A stretch of 64,000 nt of DNA from an uncultured Pseudomonadota bacterium. GTDB lineage: Bacteria; Vulcanimicrobiota; Vulcanimicrobiia; Eremiobacterales; Eremiobacteraceae. Within the stretch, counting starts at the first letter, position 1. Each line of letters starts with the position of its first letter. Position numbers and translations under genes: made by a program. A model generated the notes under the pieces. It ran no database searches. It saw nothing but the letters and a program-made list of their open reading frames with translations, and had not been told where the DNA came from. The stretch lies in the NCBI GenBank assembly GCA_963736005.1, contig CAVTNB010000001.1:1120001-1184000 (forward strand). The letters run 5' to 3'. Shown piece after piece: positions 8,187 through 17,513 of this stretch.

Positions 8187-10097
8187 TTAGTGTCCGGAGA
8201 AGATCGAGTTGGTGATGTCCTTCTGCATGACACAGATGTCGACCGTTCCGAGACCCGTTGGCGTATCCCAGCCCGGCAATGCCGATGAAGGGATACCGTT
8301 ACTTCCGAAGAGGATGTCGTGAAAACCACCGATTGGGTCGGTCGTATCCGGGGGTAACGCAGACGTTTCATCTCCTGGGAAGCCCGCAGGGGTGCAGGCT
8401 TTGGAACCAAGCGGGCATGGTTCGTAGTGGCCGTAGATGCCGTAGTAGACGGGCGCGGCGAATCCCAACGAATTGGAATGTTGGCTCTCCAAACGAGCCC
8501 ACACTCCCATCGACATGGGCGAGGAGAGACTCGTTCCCCCGACGCCTGTGCTGGCCTTGTTGACGAACACATCCATTGGGCAGCCGTTGTTGTCCGCGCA
8601 CATCGAGATGTCTGCAATGGATCTGCCTACTTCAACATCAGCCGCGGGGACGATACCGTTTGTTTGCCAATACGGAGCGCTCTCAAACGCGCTGCTTCCG
8701 CCACCGGTCCCGATCCAAACGTGTTCGCCATAATAAGTCCCAGGCTCGCCGCAATTCGTGCACGTACCCGAGGCGCCGACGGCGTTGGTGTCAAGGGTCG
8801 TGCCGCCAACTGCAACGACGTAAGGTGAGGACGCCGGATAGCATACTTCTGGCACGCCGGTATTTGGTACGCCTGTCGCGGCGATCACCGGACATCCTTC
8901 GCCGTTATCGCCCGTAGATGCGAACATCGTTTGACCTTGAGAGGCCGCCTGATTGAACAACGCATCGTCGACGAGCATTGCTCCGTCTTCATTAGCTAAC
9001 GCCTCCGGCTCTCCAAACGAAGAGTTGCCGGCTCGCGCCAGATCATCGTTTACCCAGTGGCTGTAGTCGAGCGTAATGTCTGAGTCATTCAAACTCGTCG
9101 TATCGTACACGTAAAGGTGCTTTACGGTTTGAGCGATGCCGGTTGAGATCTGCGTGTCCAAGTCCCATTCGTCAAGCCCGGACGTATCGATGCTTGATAC
9201 GCCAACCTGTATGGCCGTATATGGCACCTTGGGCAGTCCCCAGAACGTCTCGGCAAAGCGAAGGTCCGTGAGGACTTGAGTCACGTTACCCTCGGCCATG
9301 ACTGCAACGGTCGTGTTGTACCCCGAGCATGATGACGGGCAGGCATCGTATGCGACCTGATACTGTTTTGGGCCGTATTCGCCGAATGTACAGATGCCAT
9401 TCACCACGGCGGAGCAGGGCGGAGGAGTATTTGCACTGGTCACCTGCGGCGCCATGGCCGCTTCGATCTGCCGCCTCGCTACGGGGCGATTGCTATATTG
9501 GATGTGCGTCTTCATCCGATAAGCGTTGGTAAGTCCGAGCACAGCGACGACCAAGCCCCGCAGCTGTGTAGGGACGAGCGCAGGGGTAACGTTGCCGTAG
9601 ATTACTTGTCCGTCGAACGCTGCGGCGCGAATAGTCGTGTGGAAGGCAGCCTCGGCACGCGAGGGTGCGGCAAGCGCCGTCACGAGCAAGTTGTTGGGCT
9701 CGATACCGATGTTAGTGAAACCCTCACGCTGGAGGTATAGAGCGACCGCCGTTGCTTGCGCTCGCGTCGGGTTAAACATTGCCGTGAACTGGGCAGGCGT
9801 CAAGAATCTGTGAAAGAGCGGATCCCCAGGCACGGTTTGGTGCCGCAAGAAGGCGTCTGCGCCCGCTCGATTACTGTTGAGGCCAACGACAATCCTCAGC
9901 GGCACGGAGTCTGACAGTCTGCCGACCATAAGAGACGTTCCCATTCGACCGGTTCCGATAGGAACGGCCTGCGTTGCCGTGGCTGCCCACCCAGCATTCG
10001 GACCTAGGGCAGCGTGCGGAGTCCACGCCGCAACCGCTAATGCAGGCGCTGTCACACCCAGCAGCGCAATTGCGACTGCGATCTTCAAAAGCTTCAT
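8187..10097 (-). CDS. Secreted sedolisin/kumamolisin-type serine-carboxyl protease (S53) with pro-domain
   Basis: Signal peptide, pro-domain FLTPAQF, catalytic EWDLD, oxyanion STGDNG, GGTSLSSP and the C-terminal GWDTPTGLG Ca-binding motif. Confidence 0.9.
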   Translation of the reverse strand: MKLLKIAVAIALLGVTAPALAVAAWTPHAALGPNAGWAATATQAVPIGTGRMGTSLMVGRLSDSVPLRIVVGLNSNRAGADAFLRHQTVPGDPLFHRFLTPAQFTAMFNPTRAQATAVALYLQREGFTNIGIEPNNLLVTALAAPSRAEAAFHTTIRAAAFDGQVIYGNVTPALVPTQLRGLVVAVLGLTNAYRMKTHIQYSNRPVARRQIEAAMAPQVTSANTPPPCSAVVNGICTFGEYGPKQYQVAYDACPSSCSGYNTTVAVMAEGNVTQVLTDLRFAETFWGLPKVPYTAIQVGVSSIDTSGLDEWDLDTQISTGIAQTVKHLYVYDTTSLNDSDITLDYSHWVNDDLARAGNSSFGEPEALANEDGAMLVDDALFNQAASQGQTMFASTGDNGEGCPVIAATGVPNTGVPEVCYPASSPYVVAVGGTTLDTNAVGASGTCTNCGEPGTYYGEHVWIGTGGGSSAFESAPYWQTNGIVPAADVEVGRSIADISMCADNNGCPMDVFVNKASTGVGGTSLSSPMSMGVWARLESQHSNSLGFAAPVYYGIYGHYEPCPLGSKACTPAGFPGDETSALPPDTTDPIGGFHDILFGSNGIPSSALPGWDTPTGLGTVDICVMQKDITNSIFSGH

Positions 10098-10140
10098 TAG
10101 AGTACACCGTCCTTTTCTTGCGGCTTTGCCCGCAAGGACG

Positions 10141-10205
10141 AGAATATCGCATGGCGCATTACAACGAGCGAACACGCGCCTGCGGCGAATAACAATCCGA
10201 GAACC
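10141..10205 (-). promoter_or_regulatory. Promoter with TGTTC-N5-TTGTWA repeats upstream of a TATTCT -10 box
   Basis: Same architecture at 12239-12271 and 15623-15656; a second repeat copy at 10190-10205. Confidence 0.55.
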
Positions 10206-10349
10206 TGGCGAAGCGACACACGCAGGGTCGGCCACTCGACCGTTCCGATCTGTTGATCTGGTTTTTTTGACATACAGAGCACCTCCGTGGCCGCGAACTT
10301 GCAAAAGCTGCTCTTAGCTTACCATTGGAGGTGTGACAAGCGGAGAACA

Positions 10350-10447
10350 GGGCGACGTGATAGTCGCCCCATACAACGACATGAAGTCTAGGGGCGATTT
10401 TGCAATCGCCCCTACAACGCGCGCGAATAAATTCGCGCGAACTACAT
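10350..10447 (-). repeat. Cluster of three REP elements (two family B, one family A)
   Basis: GGGCGAC..GTCGCCC, GGGGCGATT..AATCGCCCC-TAC and CGCGCGAATAAATTCGCGCG-AACTAC. Confidence 0.75.
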
Positions 10448-12129
10448 TAGAGGTGTACGGCAGTGCGAGTTTTCGGAATTTGCAGCATGTAGTAGTAGCC
10501 ATTCAGCGAGCCGACACCAGTCACGTTGTCATAACCGCTGTGGGCTGAATAATCGCCGTTGCTCCCGGAGAGAATGTCGTGCCAGGCTTTCCCTGGATAC
10601 GTTTTCGCCACGAATCCGTGATACAGGCCGGTGGCAGCCAAGCCCAAGCGGTGGCCGTAATATTGATCGACTTGTGCGTACAGCGCCGCCATATTCGGCG
10701 CAACTGCGCTGGTGCCGCCCACGGACAGGGCCCACGAGTTGGTGTAGAACAACGAGTAGGGCGTGTTTGGATCTGCATCGAGCGCGACGTCGGGAACATT
10801 TCGGAAAGTGCGGGATGCAAGCGTCGTGATGGGCGATTGATATTTGGGTAGTGCGAAGAACATCGAATACCCGCCACCACTACCTGACCAACCTGTTTCT
10901 GAATGGATCGTGCGGTTCATGTTGAGCGTGAGACTCGTTCCGCCTGACGCTCCAATCCACGGAGAGCTAGCGGGAAAATCTACGGTTGTGGGGTTGGGCT
11001 GCCCAGGTAAACCATCGGGTGGATTGTTCGTGCCGCAGTCTTTCGAGCCGTTGTCACCAGAGGCAGCGAACCGCGTTTGACCTTCCGCTGCGGATTGCTC
11101 GAAGAGATCGTTGTCTGCGGCGACTTCATTGGGGTCGGAGCCCACTTCGCACGAACCCCACGAGGTGGTCACCACATCTACCCGAGGGTCGATCGCGGTC
11201 ATCTCGTAAATATCATCGAAGGTCGAGTTGAGCGGATCGACGCCCTCGTACACCAGAACATTTGCGCCGGGCGCGTTAGATGTTGACTGCTCGACATCGA
11301 GCGTCGTCTCGTCATTTTGGCCTGGCGCTGGAAGTCCCTGATCGACCGGATCATCGACGTACTTGCGACTGATATAACCGGTGCGGGGGACGCCGTACGT
11401 GCTCCAGTAACCTTGCGCGTCACCGTCGAGGTAATCGTAGGCTGTCTCAATGGCGATCGTTACCCCTGCGCCTGATATGGCTTTGTTGACGTGCACGGGT
11501 TCGTCATAGGCCGTCTGGATGTCCAGCGGGCCGAAGCCGGCGGGCGTGTTCAAAGGGTTGCTGACCGCCGGCGGCTGAGCAATGTGGCGTGCAAAATTGT
11601 TGAAACCACTCACAGCCATGATGATCCCGTGGAGGGCATTCGGAATCTTCGCGGGGAGCGCGTTTGCGTAGTAGATCACCCCGCGGTAGCTGTATTGATT
11701 GATAACGGTACCAAAGAATGCATCAGCTTGTGCGACGGTTGCGACAACATCGAGAACCTTGTGGTTGGCGTAGGCCTGCACGATCGTCATCCCGCCCCCG
11801 AGTACAAGATACTCGACGGTCGAATACGTGTTTCCGGATGGATCAAAATCTGCGGCGAACTGATCGGGTGTGAGGAAGGCACCGTACATCGGCGACTGGG
11901 GGTCATTGACCGTCTGGGTGAAGTTGTCGACTGCGGCCTGATTCGGGTATGCCAAGCTAAAGACCAAATGGATGTTTTGGGAGGCTGGCGCCGGCCCTAT
12001 CAGTTGGGCGGCTGATATGAATTGCGGCACGCCGGCGCCGATGCCATTATTCGAAAGTGCGTTCGCTGGAGTAGCAAAAGCCAGGAGCGCCACGGCCGCT
12101 AAAACGGCGACGTACCCAAGTCGTCCCAT
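10447..12129 (-). CDS. Secreted sedolisin/kumamolisin-type protease (S53), second copy
   Basis: Signal peptide, FLTPDQF, ETTLD, ASGDNG, GGTSAVAP and GYDNVTGVGS. Confidence 0.9.
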   Translation of the reverse strand: MGRLGYVAVLAAVALLAFATPANALSNNGIGAGVPQFISAAQLIGPAPASQNIHLVFSLAYPNQAAVDNFTQTVNDPQSPMYGAFLTPDQFAADFDPSGNTYSTVEYLVLGGGMTIVQAYANHKVLDVVATVAQADAFFGTVINQYSYRGVIYYANALPAKIPNALHGIIMAVSGFNNFARHIAQPPAVSNPLNTPAGFGPLDIQTAYDEPVHVNKAISGAGVTIAIETAYDYLDGDAQGYWSTYGVPRTGYISRKYVDDPVDQGLPAPGQNDETTLDVEQSTSNAPGANVLVYEGVDPLNSTFDDIYEMTAIDPRVDVVTTSWGSCEVGSDPNEVAADNDLFEQSAAEGQTRFAASGDNGSKDCGTNNPPDGLPGQPNPTTVDFPASSPWIGASGGTSLTLNMNRTIHSETGWSGSGGGYSMFFALPKYQSPITTLASRTFRNVPDVALDADPNTPYSLFYTNSWALSVGGTSAVAPNMAALYAQVDQYYGHRLGLAATGLYHGFVAKTYPGKAWHDILSGSNGDYSAHSGYDNVTGVGSLNGYYYMLQIPKTRTAVHL

Positions 12130-12238
12130 TGCCTCGTTCCCCTCTCGGCGATCCGTCGCGGATCACCCTCAGTTTCCGCTACGTAAAAAATCGGACATCG
12201 GAGATGGGGCGATTTCAACTCCCCATTCGATCTTCTTC

Positions 12239-12271
12239 AGTATACCCAAGGCGTGTAACAAATCGCGAACA
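12239..12271 (-). promoter_or_regulatory. Promoter TGTTCGCGAT-TTGTTA-N11-TATACT
   Basis: Shared motif with 10141 and 15623. Confidence 0.6.
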
Positions 12272-12294
12272 GGATCCGTTCCGGTGGCGGGACT

Positions 12295-15200
12295 CTAGCT
12301 TGCGAGGGGGGATTGGTCTGTAAGACCCTCAGGAGCTTTCCAGATGTCGGGAGGATCCGCGCCGACGGCTGCCTTGTAGCGGGCGCGCCACTCCTCGTAG
12401 TCCCGGGTAGCTTCGGAAAACCGCATTTCTTGGCACAAGGCTTCCAGTCGCAGCTTCACGGCGTCCAGATCAAATGGCGCCACTTCCAGGAGCCGCTCAA
12501 CGGTCCGGCGCTGACCCGCCCCGTCGCCGCATGCCTGGCACTCGGTCGCGATCCAGCGCAGCGCTTCGATGCAACTCGCGCGCAGCCTCTCCCGTTCGCG
12601 CCATTGCCATCCGCCGTCGTGCATGCCGTCGAGAAAATCGCCCCCATAGAGATCGGCTGCCGCCTCATAGCAGCGCCGAGCCTTGGCACGGTCGCCTTGC
12701 GCGTCCGCCTGGCGAGCCGCTTCTATCTGGAGGTCAAATTGTTCGAAATCGATCGTGGTTTGCGGCGGCGCAGCGAATCGATAGGCATTTGCCTCGTATT
12801 TAATGACGTCGCCAACTGCTTTCCTGATCGCTGTGATGGTCACTCGCAAACTATCGTGAGCAGCGTCGGCATCGCTCTCTGGCCAATAGAGATCAATCAG
12901 CCGCTCGCGCGGAATCGCGCGTCCCCGCTGGCTCACGAGATGCGCAAAGATCTCGAGAGCCCGGCGCCGCTTCCAAGCTTCGGGCGGCACTTCTTTTCCC
13001 CCAACGGACACGCGCAGCGGACCCAGCGCCTCGATGCGCAATGACTCGACAGGCACTTCTGCGGCGATCTCGGGGATGAGACTCAATCCTATTTTCCAGC
13101 GTCGCAGATGGGAGTACAACTCCTTGAACGCCGCGCCTTTTGTTCTAAGCAAGAATCGATAATCTCGCTGATGGACGAGGGCGACAGCCCCTGTCGCGGC
13201 CTCTGCAGCGCGGCGGTCCATGCGCACGCTTTCAGTTCCGGTCAGGCGGGCCGAGCATCGCGCGAGGATCGTCGCGGCATCAAGGCAGGCGATCGCTTGG
13301 AGCAATGCGTTGTCACCCAGCGAAGCATCGGTGACGGCTTCATCGGCAAGCTTGGCAGCCGTCGCGGCATCGCCTTTTGCCAGCATTACCTCAGCCCGCG
13401 TGACGAGAAGAGGCGCCATCTGCTGGTGCCGAGCCGCCCGGCGAAACATTTCTATTGCTCGCGCGCAAAACTCATCGGCAGCCGAAAGATTGCCTTGGAG
13501 CATGGCGCACTTCGCCAAACCATGCTCGATTTCCGGAAGCAGAATCATATCGCTGGGATCCGAAACGTCGAGCGCGCTGCGGAACGCTTGCGACGCTCCA
13601 TCAATATCTCCGCGCAGGAGTTTGAGAACGCCACGCTGCTCGTGCGCCCGCGTGATGAGGCCAGTGGCGCCTATGTCGATCGCTTGTGCAAGCATCGTCT
13701 CCACCAAGCGTTCGGCCTCATCAACGTCTCCCAGCAGAGTTTTGATGTAGATCAAGTCGCCAAGAGTCGTCAGCAACGAAATGCGATGTCCGGCTGTTTC
13801 TTTCAGCTTGAGCGCGCGTTCGTAGAGCGAAAGCCCTGCGTAGACGTCTCCGCGCCGGACGTGAGCAACTGCAGTATTGTGCAGCACGAGGCCGTGGGCC
13901 GCGAGGTCACCCCGTGCGACTATCGACGGCATGACTTCGCGGTAGGCTGCAAGCGACTCGTCGAGGCGGTTCATTTCCAAATACACCGCAGCCAGCGTCA
14001 TGCGCAAACTCGTGACGCTCGTTTCGGGCAAGTCCAGGCCCGACGAAAGGGCTTCGTCCAACATGATGCGGAGCCGTTCGAATTCTCCGCGAGATGCGAG
14101 GATCGGAGCGCAGGCTCGCACCGCTTCGGCCAAGACGTCAAACTGGCGGCTTGTTCGCGCACCCGCGATGGCGCGCTCGAGCGATGGCAGCGCCGCGTCC
14201 CATTCCCCGCGTTCGCGTTGAATGCGACCCAAGGCAGTGAGCAGTGTCGGACTCGCCTCGATTCGGGCCGGCTGCACGAGGCGCAATAGGTGGCTCACTG
14301 TACCAATGAGACCCGCCCGCAGCATCGCAAATGCTGTGGCTTCAAACTCCGCTGCCGCTGCATCGGGGTCGCCAGCTTCAACGAAGTGATGGACTGCGAG
14401 CGCGGCGTCTCCACGGGCGGCAAGAAAGAGCGCGGCGCGGTGATGCAACCGCGATACGTGGAATGCAGGCTGCGAATGCACCAGATTGTGAAGCAAAAAC
14501 TCTCGAAAAAGTTGATGTGATCGATACGCATCGTCGGACTGGCGCGTCACGAAGAGTCCGCGCGAGGATAGCGAATCAAGCATTTTTGCCGATGCGGCAC
14601 CGTCGAGAACCGCATCGCACAAACTGGTCTCGAGCTGCTCGAGTATGGAGGTGTCGAGCAAGAATTGACGCTCGTCTGCAGAGAGCCGGCCGAGCACTTC
14701 ATTCGCGAGGTAGGAAAAGAGGTGGCGGCGCGCGTCTTCACCGCTGAGCGGCCCTGAGGGGGCTTCCTTTCGAAAGCGTTCGACAACTGCAGAACTTGAT
14801 GCGATTAAGGCGAGGCCCGCTGGCCACCCTTCCGCGCGCGCGATGAGGCCGTCAAGCGCTGCAGGCACTTGACCGCTTGTCGCGCGTTGGAGATATGCCT
14901 GCGCTTCCGACGAGTCGAATGCCAAGTCACTCGCGCCGATTGAACCGAGCTGCGCCGCTGCGGCAATGCTATGCAGCGCGAGTGGCATCGATCGACCACA
15001 GAGCACAAAGCTGACGCCCAGGCGACACGCTCGCTCGACGAGTTCATTGAGGGCGAGCAGACTGCGGCTGCCCTCAAGCACTTGGACATCATCAAAAACG
15101 AGCAGCGGGGCAGGCTGAGCATCAAAGTCGGCGAGACTTTCTGTAAATCGAAGGGCGACTTCGCGTGGCACGCCGACGGCAGCCGCGTTCCCATCGTCAA

Positions 15201-15495
15201 AGGGTGGCAGGGCTACCCCCATGGAGCGCAGCCCACTGCTCATATGCACAGCAAAGAGCGCGATGTCTGCATCGCCCTCGTCAAGGCTGTACCACAATTT
15301 GGGTCCTGTCCAGGCAGCATGCAGCTGCGCTGCGAGGACCGTTTTCCCGTAGCCCGGTCCGGCAACGATGGAGACAACGAATGTGCCTGGATGGAGGCGG
15401 CGCTCGAGTTGAGGACGTTCCATCCAGAGTGGAAGAATCTGCGGAGGCCGCAGCTTCAGTCGCTGGACGAACACGATCCCCATGTTCTGCCGCAT
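12295..15495 (-). CDS. Large MalT-like ATPase-TPR transcriptional regulator with C-terminal wHTH/BTAD domain
   Basis: Walker A AGPGYGKT, Walker B LVFDDVQ, EGWPAGL, TPRs and LGPLRVSVGG...LIDLYWPE...LYGGDFL. Confidence 0.9.
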   Translation of the reverse strand: MRQNMGIVFVQRLKLRPPQILPLWMERPQLERRLHPGTFVVSIVAGPGYGKTVLAAQLHAAWTGPKLWYSLDEGDADIALFAVHMSSGLRSMGVALPPFDDGNAAAVGVPREVALRFTESLADFDAQPAPLLVFDDVQVLEGSRSLLALNELVERACRLGVSFVLCGRSMPLALHSIAAAAQLGSIGASDLAFDSSEAQAYLQRATSGQVPAALDGLIARAEGWPAGLALIASSSAVVERFRKEAPSGPLSGEDARRHLFSYLANEVLGRLSADERQFLLDTSILEQLETSLCDAVLDGAASAKMLDSLSSRGLFVTRQSDDAYRSHQLFREFLLHNLVHSQPAFHVSRLHHRAALFLAARGDAALAVHHFVEAGDPDAAAAEFEATAFAMLRAGLIGTVSHLLRLVQPARIEASPTLLTALGRIQRERGEWDAALPSLERAIAGARTSRQFDVLAEAVRACAPILASRGEFERLRIMLDEALSSGLDLPETSVTSLRMTLAAVYLEMNRLDESLAAYREVMPSIVARGDLAAHGLVLHNTAVAHVRRGDVYAGLSLYERALKLKETAGHRISLLTTLGDLIYIKTLLGDVDEAERLVETMLAQAIDIGATGLITRAHEQRGVLKLLRGDIDGASQAFRSALDVSDPSDMILLPEIEHGLAKCAMLQGNLSAADEFCARAIEMFRRAARHQQMAPLLVTRAEVMLAKGDAATAAKLADEAVTDASLGDNALLQAIACLDAATILARCSARLTGTESVRMDRRAAEAATGAVALVHQRDYRFLLRTKGAAFKELYSHLRRWKIGLSLIPEIAAEVPVESLRIEALGPLRVSVGGKEVPPEAWKRRRALEIFAHLVSQRGRAIPRERLIDLYWPESDADAAHDSLRVTITAIRKAVGDVIKYEANAYRFAAPPQTTIDFEQFDLQIEAARQADAQGDRAKARRCYEAAADLYGGDFLDGMHDGGWQWRERERLRASCIEALRWIATECQACGDGAGQRRTVERLLEVAPFDLDAVKLRLEALCQEMRFSEATRDYEEWRARYKAAVGADPPDIWKAPEGLTDQSPLAS

Positions 15496-15622
15496 GACAG
15501 AGGCCGCCTCCGGCCTGTCGGACCTAATCCAGCGCGGCCTTCCGGGTTTGCGGGCAGCGAGAGCTGCCGTTGCGGTGGCTCCTCGACGGCAGCTCCTGGC
15601 CACGGTCCGTTAGGACACTTGC

Positions 15623-15656
15623 AGTCTACTACCGCTGCAATTACAACTCGGGAACA
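15623..15656 (-). promoter_or_regulatory. Promoter TGTTCCCGAG-TTGTAA-N12-TAGACT for the BTAD regulator
   Basis: Shared motif with both S53 promoters. Confidence 0.55.
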
Positions 15657-15734
15657 ACGAGCCAAAGAGGTTTGCCGCTGCCAAATTGAGCAACCTGGGC
15701 AGACGAAGCACGAGCGTAACAAAGAGGAGGAGAC

Positions 15735-16059
15735 ATGCCAAAATATTTATTGCACGGTGCGTACAGCATCGAAGGGAATAAGGGTATCCTTAAAGGCGGC
15801 GGAACGGCTCGGCGGAAGACTAATTAACGCTATGGTCGAGTCTGAGGGAGGGAAACTGGAGTGTTTCTATTGGGCGTTAGGAAAGGATGATTTTTACATC
15901 ATACTTGATGTTCCAGATATGGCAACGATCGCTGCCGTCTCAATGAAAGTGGGATCTTCGGGAGCGGTGTCGAGGCTTTCGTCAACACCTTTGTTGACCG
16001 CGGAAGATGTCGATGCAGCCTGCAAGCGCGACGTGAAGTACACGCCCCCAGGTCAATAA
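15735..16059 (+). pseudogene. GYD-domain protein with an apparent +1 frameshift near 15820 (possibly an assembly indel)
   Basis: GAGGAG RBS, then MPKYLLHGAYSIEGNKGILKGGGTARRK, continuing in another frame as LINAMVESEGGKLECFYWALGKDDF. Confidence 0.7.
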
Positions 16060-16219
16060 GCGGCACAAGCCTCATGTTGAGCCGGCCACCAAGGAGCGGT
16101 GACCGGCTCCATTGTTTGACTCGTTGCCCGCACCATGGCGGTAGTAAGGTCGGTCACAGAGAGCGCCCATTCCATATGACGTCGTAAGGAAGAATGAGGG
16201 AGGCAGGCGCGCTAGCGTG

Positions 16220-16684
16220 TTATTTCCTCTTGATTGAGCCAAGGTGATTGGCGAGACGATCCAGGCTTTGAGTCCAGCCCTCTTCCATGCCATCGAGATA
16301 TTGGGAAGCTTGCGAGGTCGCTTTGACCACGCGCGCCTGCATCGTGAGCATTGTTTTCCCATCTTGCTCGGCGAACGTTATGATGTTGAGCACTTCAAAG
16401 AGGGGATTCCCATCTTTGTCCAGTGCAGCGCCGGCAAAAACAAGTCGCTCAGGCTCGACGATTTCGTGAACGACGCCCTTCATCGGATACACGACACCAT
16501 CTGGGCCGCGCATATGAATGCGGATAGCACCACCGGGCCTGGCGTCGAACTCGCAGACAGGGTTTGTAAAGCCGTCCGGGCCCCACCACTGACGCAGATG
16601 CTCTACATCGATCCACGCCTTAAAGACAAGGGCGCGCGGTGCATCAAAGGTGCGCGTGATGACGAGCTCTTGGCCGACGCCGAT
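16220..16684 (-). CDS. SRPBCC/AHA1-family protein (start codon region appears corrupted)
   Basis: ELVITRTFDAPRALVFKAW...QWWGP...VEPERLVF...GWTQSLDRL; the AGGAG RBS is followed by ATC rather than ATG. Confidence 0.85.
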   Translation of the reverse strand: MGVGQELVITRTFDAPRALVFKAWIDVEHLRQWWGPDGFTNPVCEFDARPGGAIRIHMRGPDGVVYPMKGVVHEIVEPERLVFAGAALDKDGNPLFEVLNIITFAEQDGKTMLTMQARVVKATSQASQYLDGMEEGWTQSLDRLANHLGSIKRK

Positions 16685-16697
16685 ACTGTTTCTCCTT

Positions 16698-17513
16698 TTA
16701 GCGGGAGCCCAAGGTTCGCGGTGAGTGGGCAGACCTTGCAAGCGTCCAGGCAAAGACGCAGAGCAGCGCACCGACGAGGACCGCGCTGACGGTGATATCA
16801 GGAACTGGCGAGTGCCATCCTAGGGCCTGCGCCAACTCGTAGCTTCCCACGAGCAGCGCGAGCGCTGTAACTGAGACAATCCACACGCGGGTCACGCGAA
16901 CCAGTTCCAGCGGGTGACGCGTGCACAATTTGTAGACGAGGATGCTGTCGAGCGTATCCGTGACGGTCATACCGAGCGAGAATGCAAGGCCAATGAGCAA
17001 CCCCAAAAGTATGCCGCCGCCACTCGTCAAGGCGAGCGCGTACGTTGCCACCTGGCTCGAGGTGTCAAAGCCGAGGCCAAACAACAAGCCGATGGGAATC
17101 GCGGCCAGCGGACTTGTGGCCGCGCGCAAAGCCTTTGGGAGCATCGCGGTCTTGAAGCCCGCAATCGGGCCGACGCGGTTGAGCGCAAGCTGGCGCAGGT
17201 TCAGCGCAACAATGGCGAACAGCGTTGCGATGCTTACCCAAGTGCCGATGGTTTCAAGCAGCGCGCCGTGCACGCTGATGCGGCTGCCGAGCAAACCCGC
17301 GAGCGCGGCGATCGACAGCACCATAACCGAATGGCCACCGGCAAAGAGAGCACCAGCGAAGCGACTGAGATGGTTTCGAACGCTCAAGCTGTTGCGCGTC
17401 AAATTGTCGATCGCTGCCAAGTGGTCGGGATCTGCGCCGTGGCGTAACCCGAGCACAAAGACGGAGAAGGCAACCGCCCAAAAGGCCATGTGTATCGCTG
17501 CGTGACCGATCAT
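16698..17513 (-). CDS. NiCoT (HoxN/HupN/NixA) nickel/cobalt permease
   Basis: Signature GLRHGADPDHLAAID, FAGGHS and LFGLGFDTSSQ. Confidence 0.9.
   Translation of the reverse strand: MIGHAAIHMAFWAVAFSVFVLGLRHGADPDHLAAIDNLTRNSLSVRNHLSRFAGALFAGGHSVMVLSIAALAGLLGSRISVHGALLETIGTWVSIATLFAIVALNLRQLALNRVGPIAGFKTAMLPKALRAATSPLAAIPIGLLFGLGFDTSSQVATYALALTSGGGILLGLLIGLAFSLGMTVTDTLDSILVYKLCTRHPLELVRVTRVWIVSVTALALLVGSYELAQALGWHSPVPDITVSAVLVGALLCVFAWTLARSAHSPRTLGSR

Noticed and set aside
15496..15616. SRP RNA or a known riboswitch
   Set aside because: There is only superficial similarity to the SRP CAGG...GGAA...AGCAG motif, and no SAM, c-di-GMP, guanidine or cobalamin consensus; kept only as an unknown leader.
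14971..16059. 362-aa ORF as a single protein
   Set aside because: The 5' part is antisense to the BTAD regulator; only the last ~80 codons belong to the frameshifted GYD gene starting at 15735.
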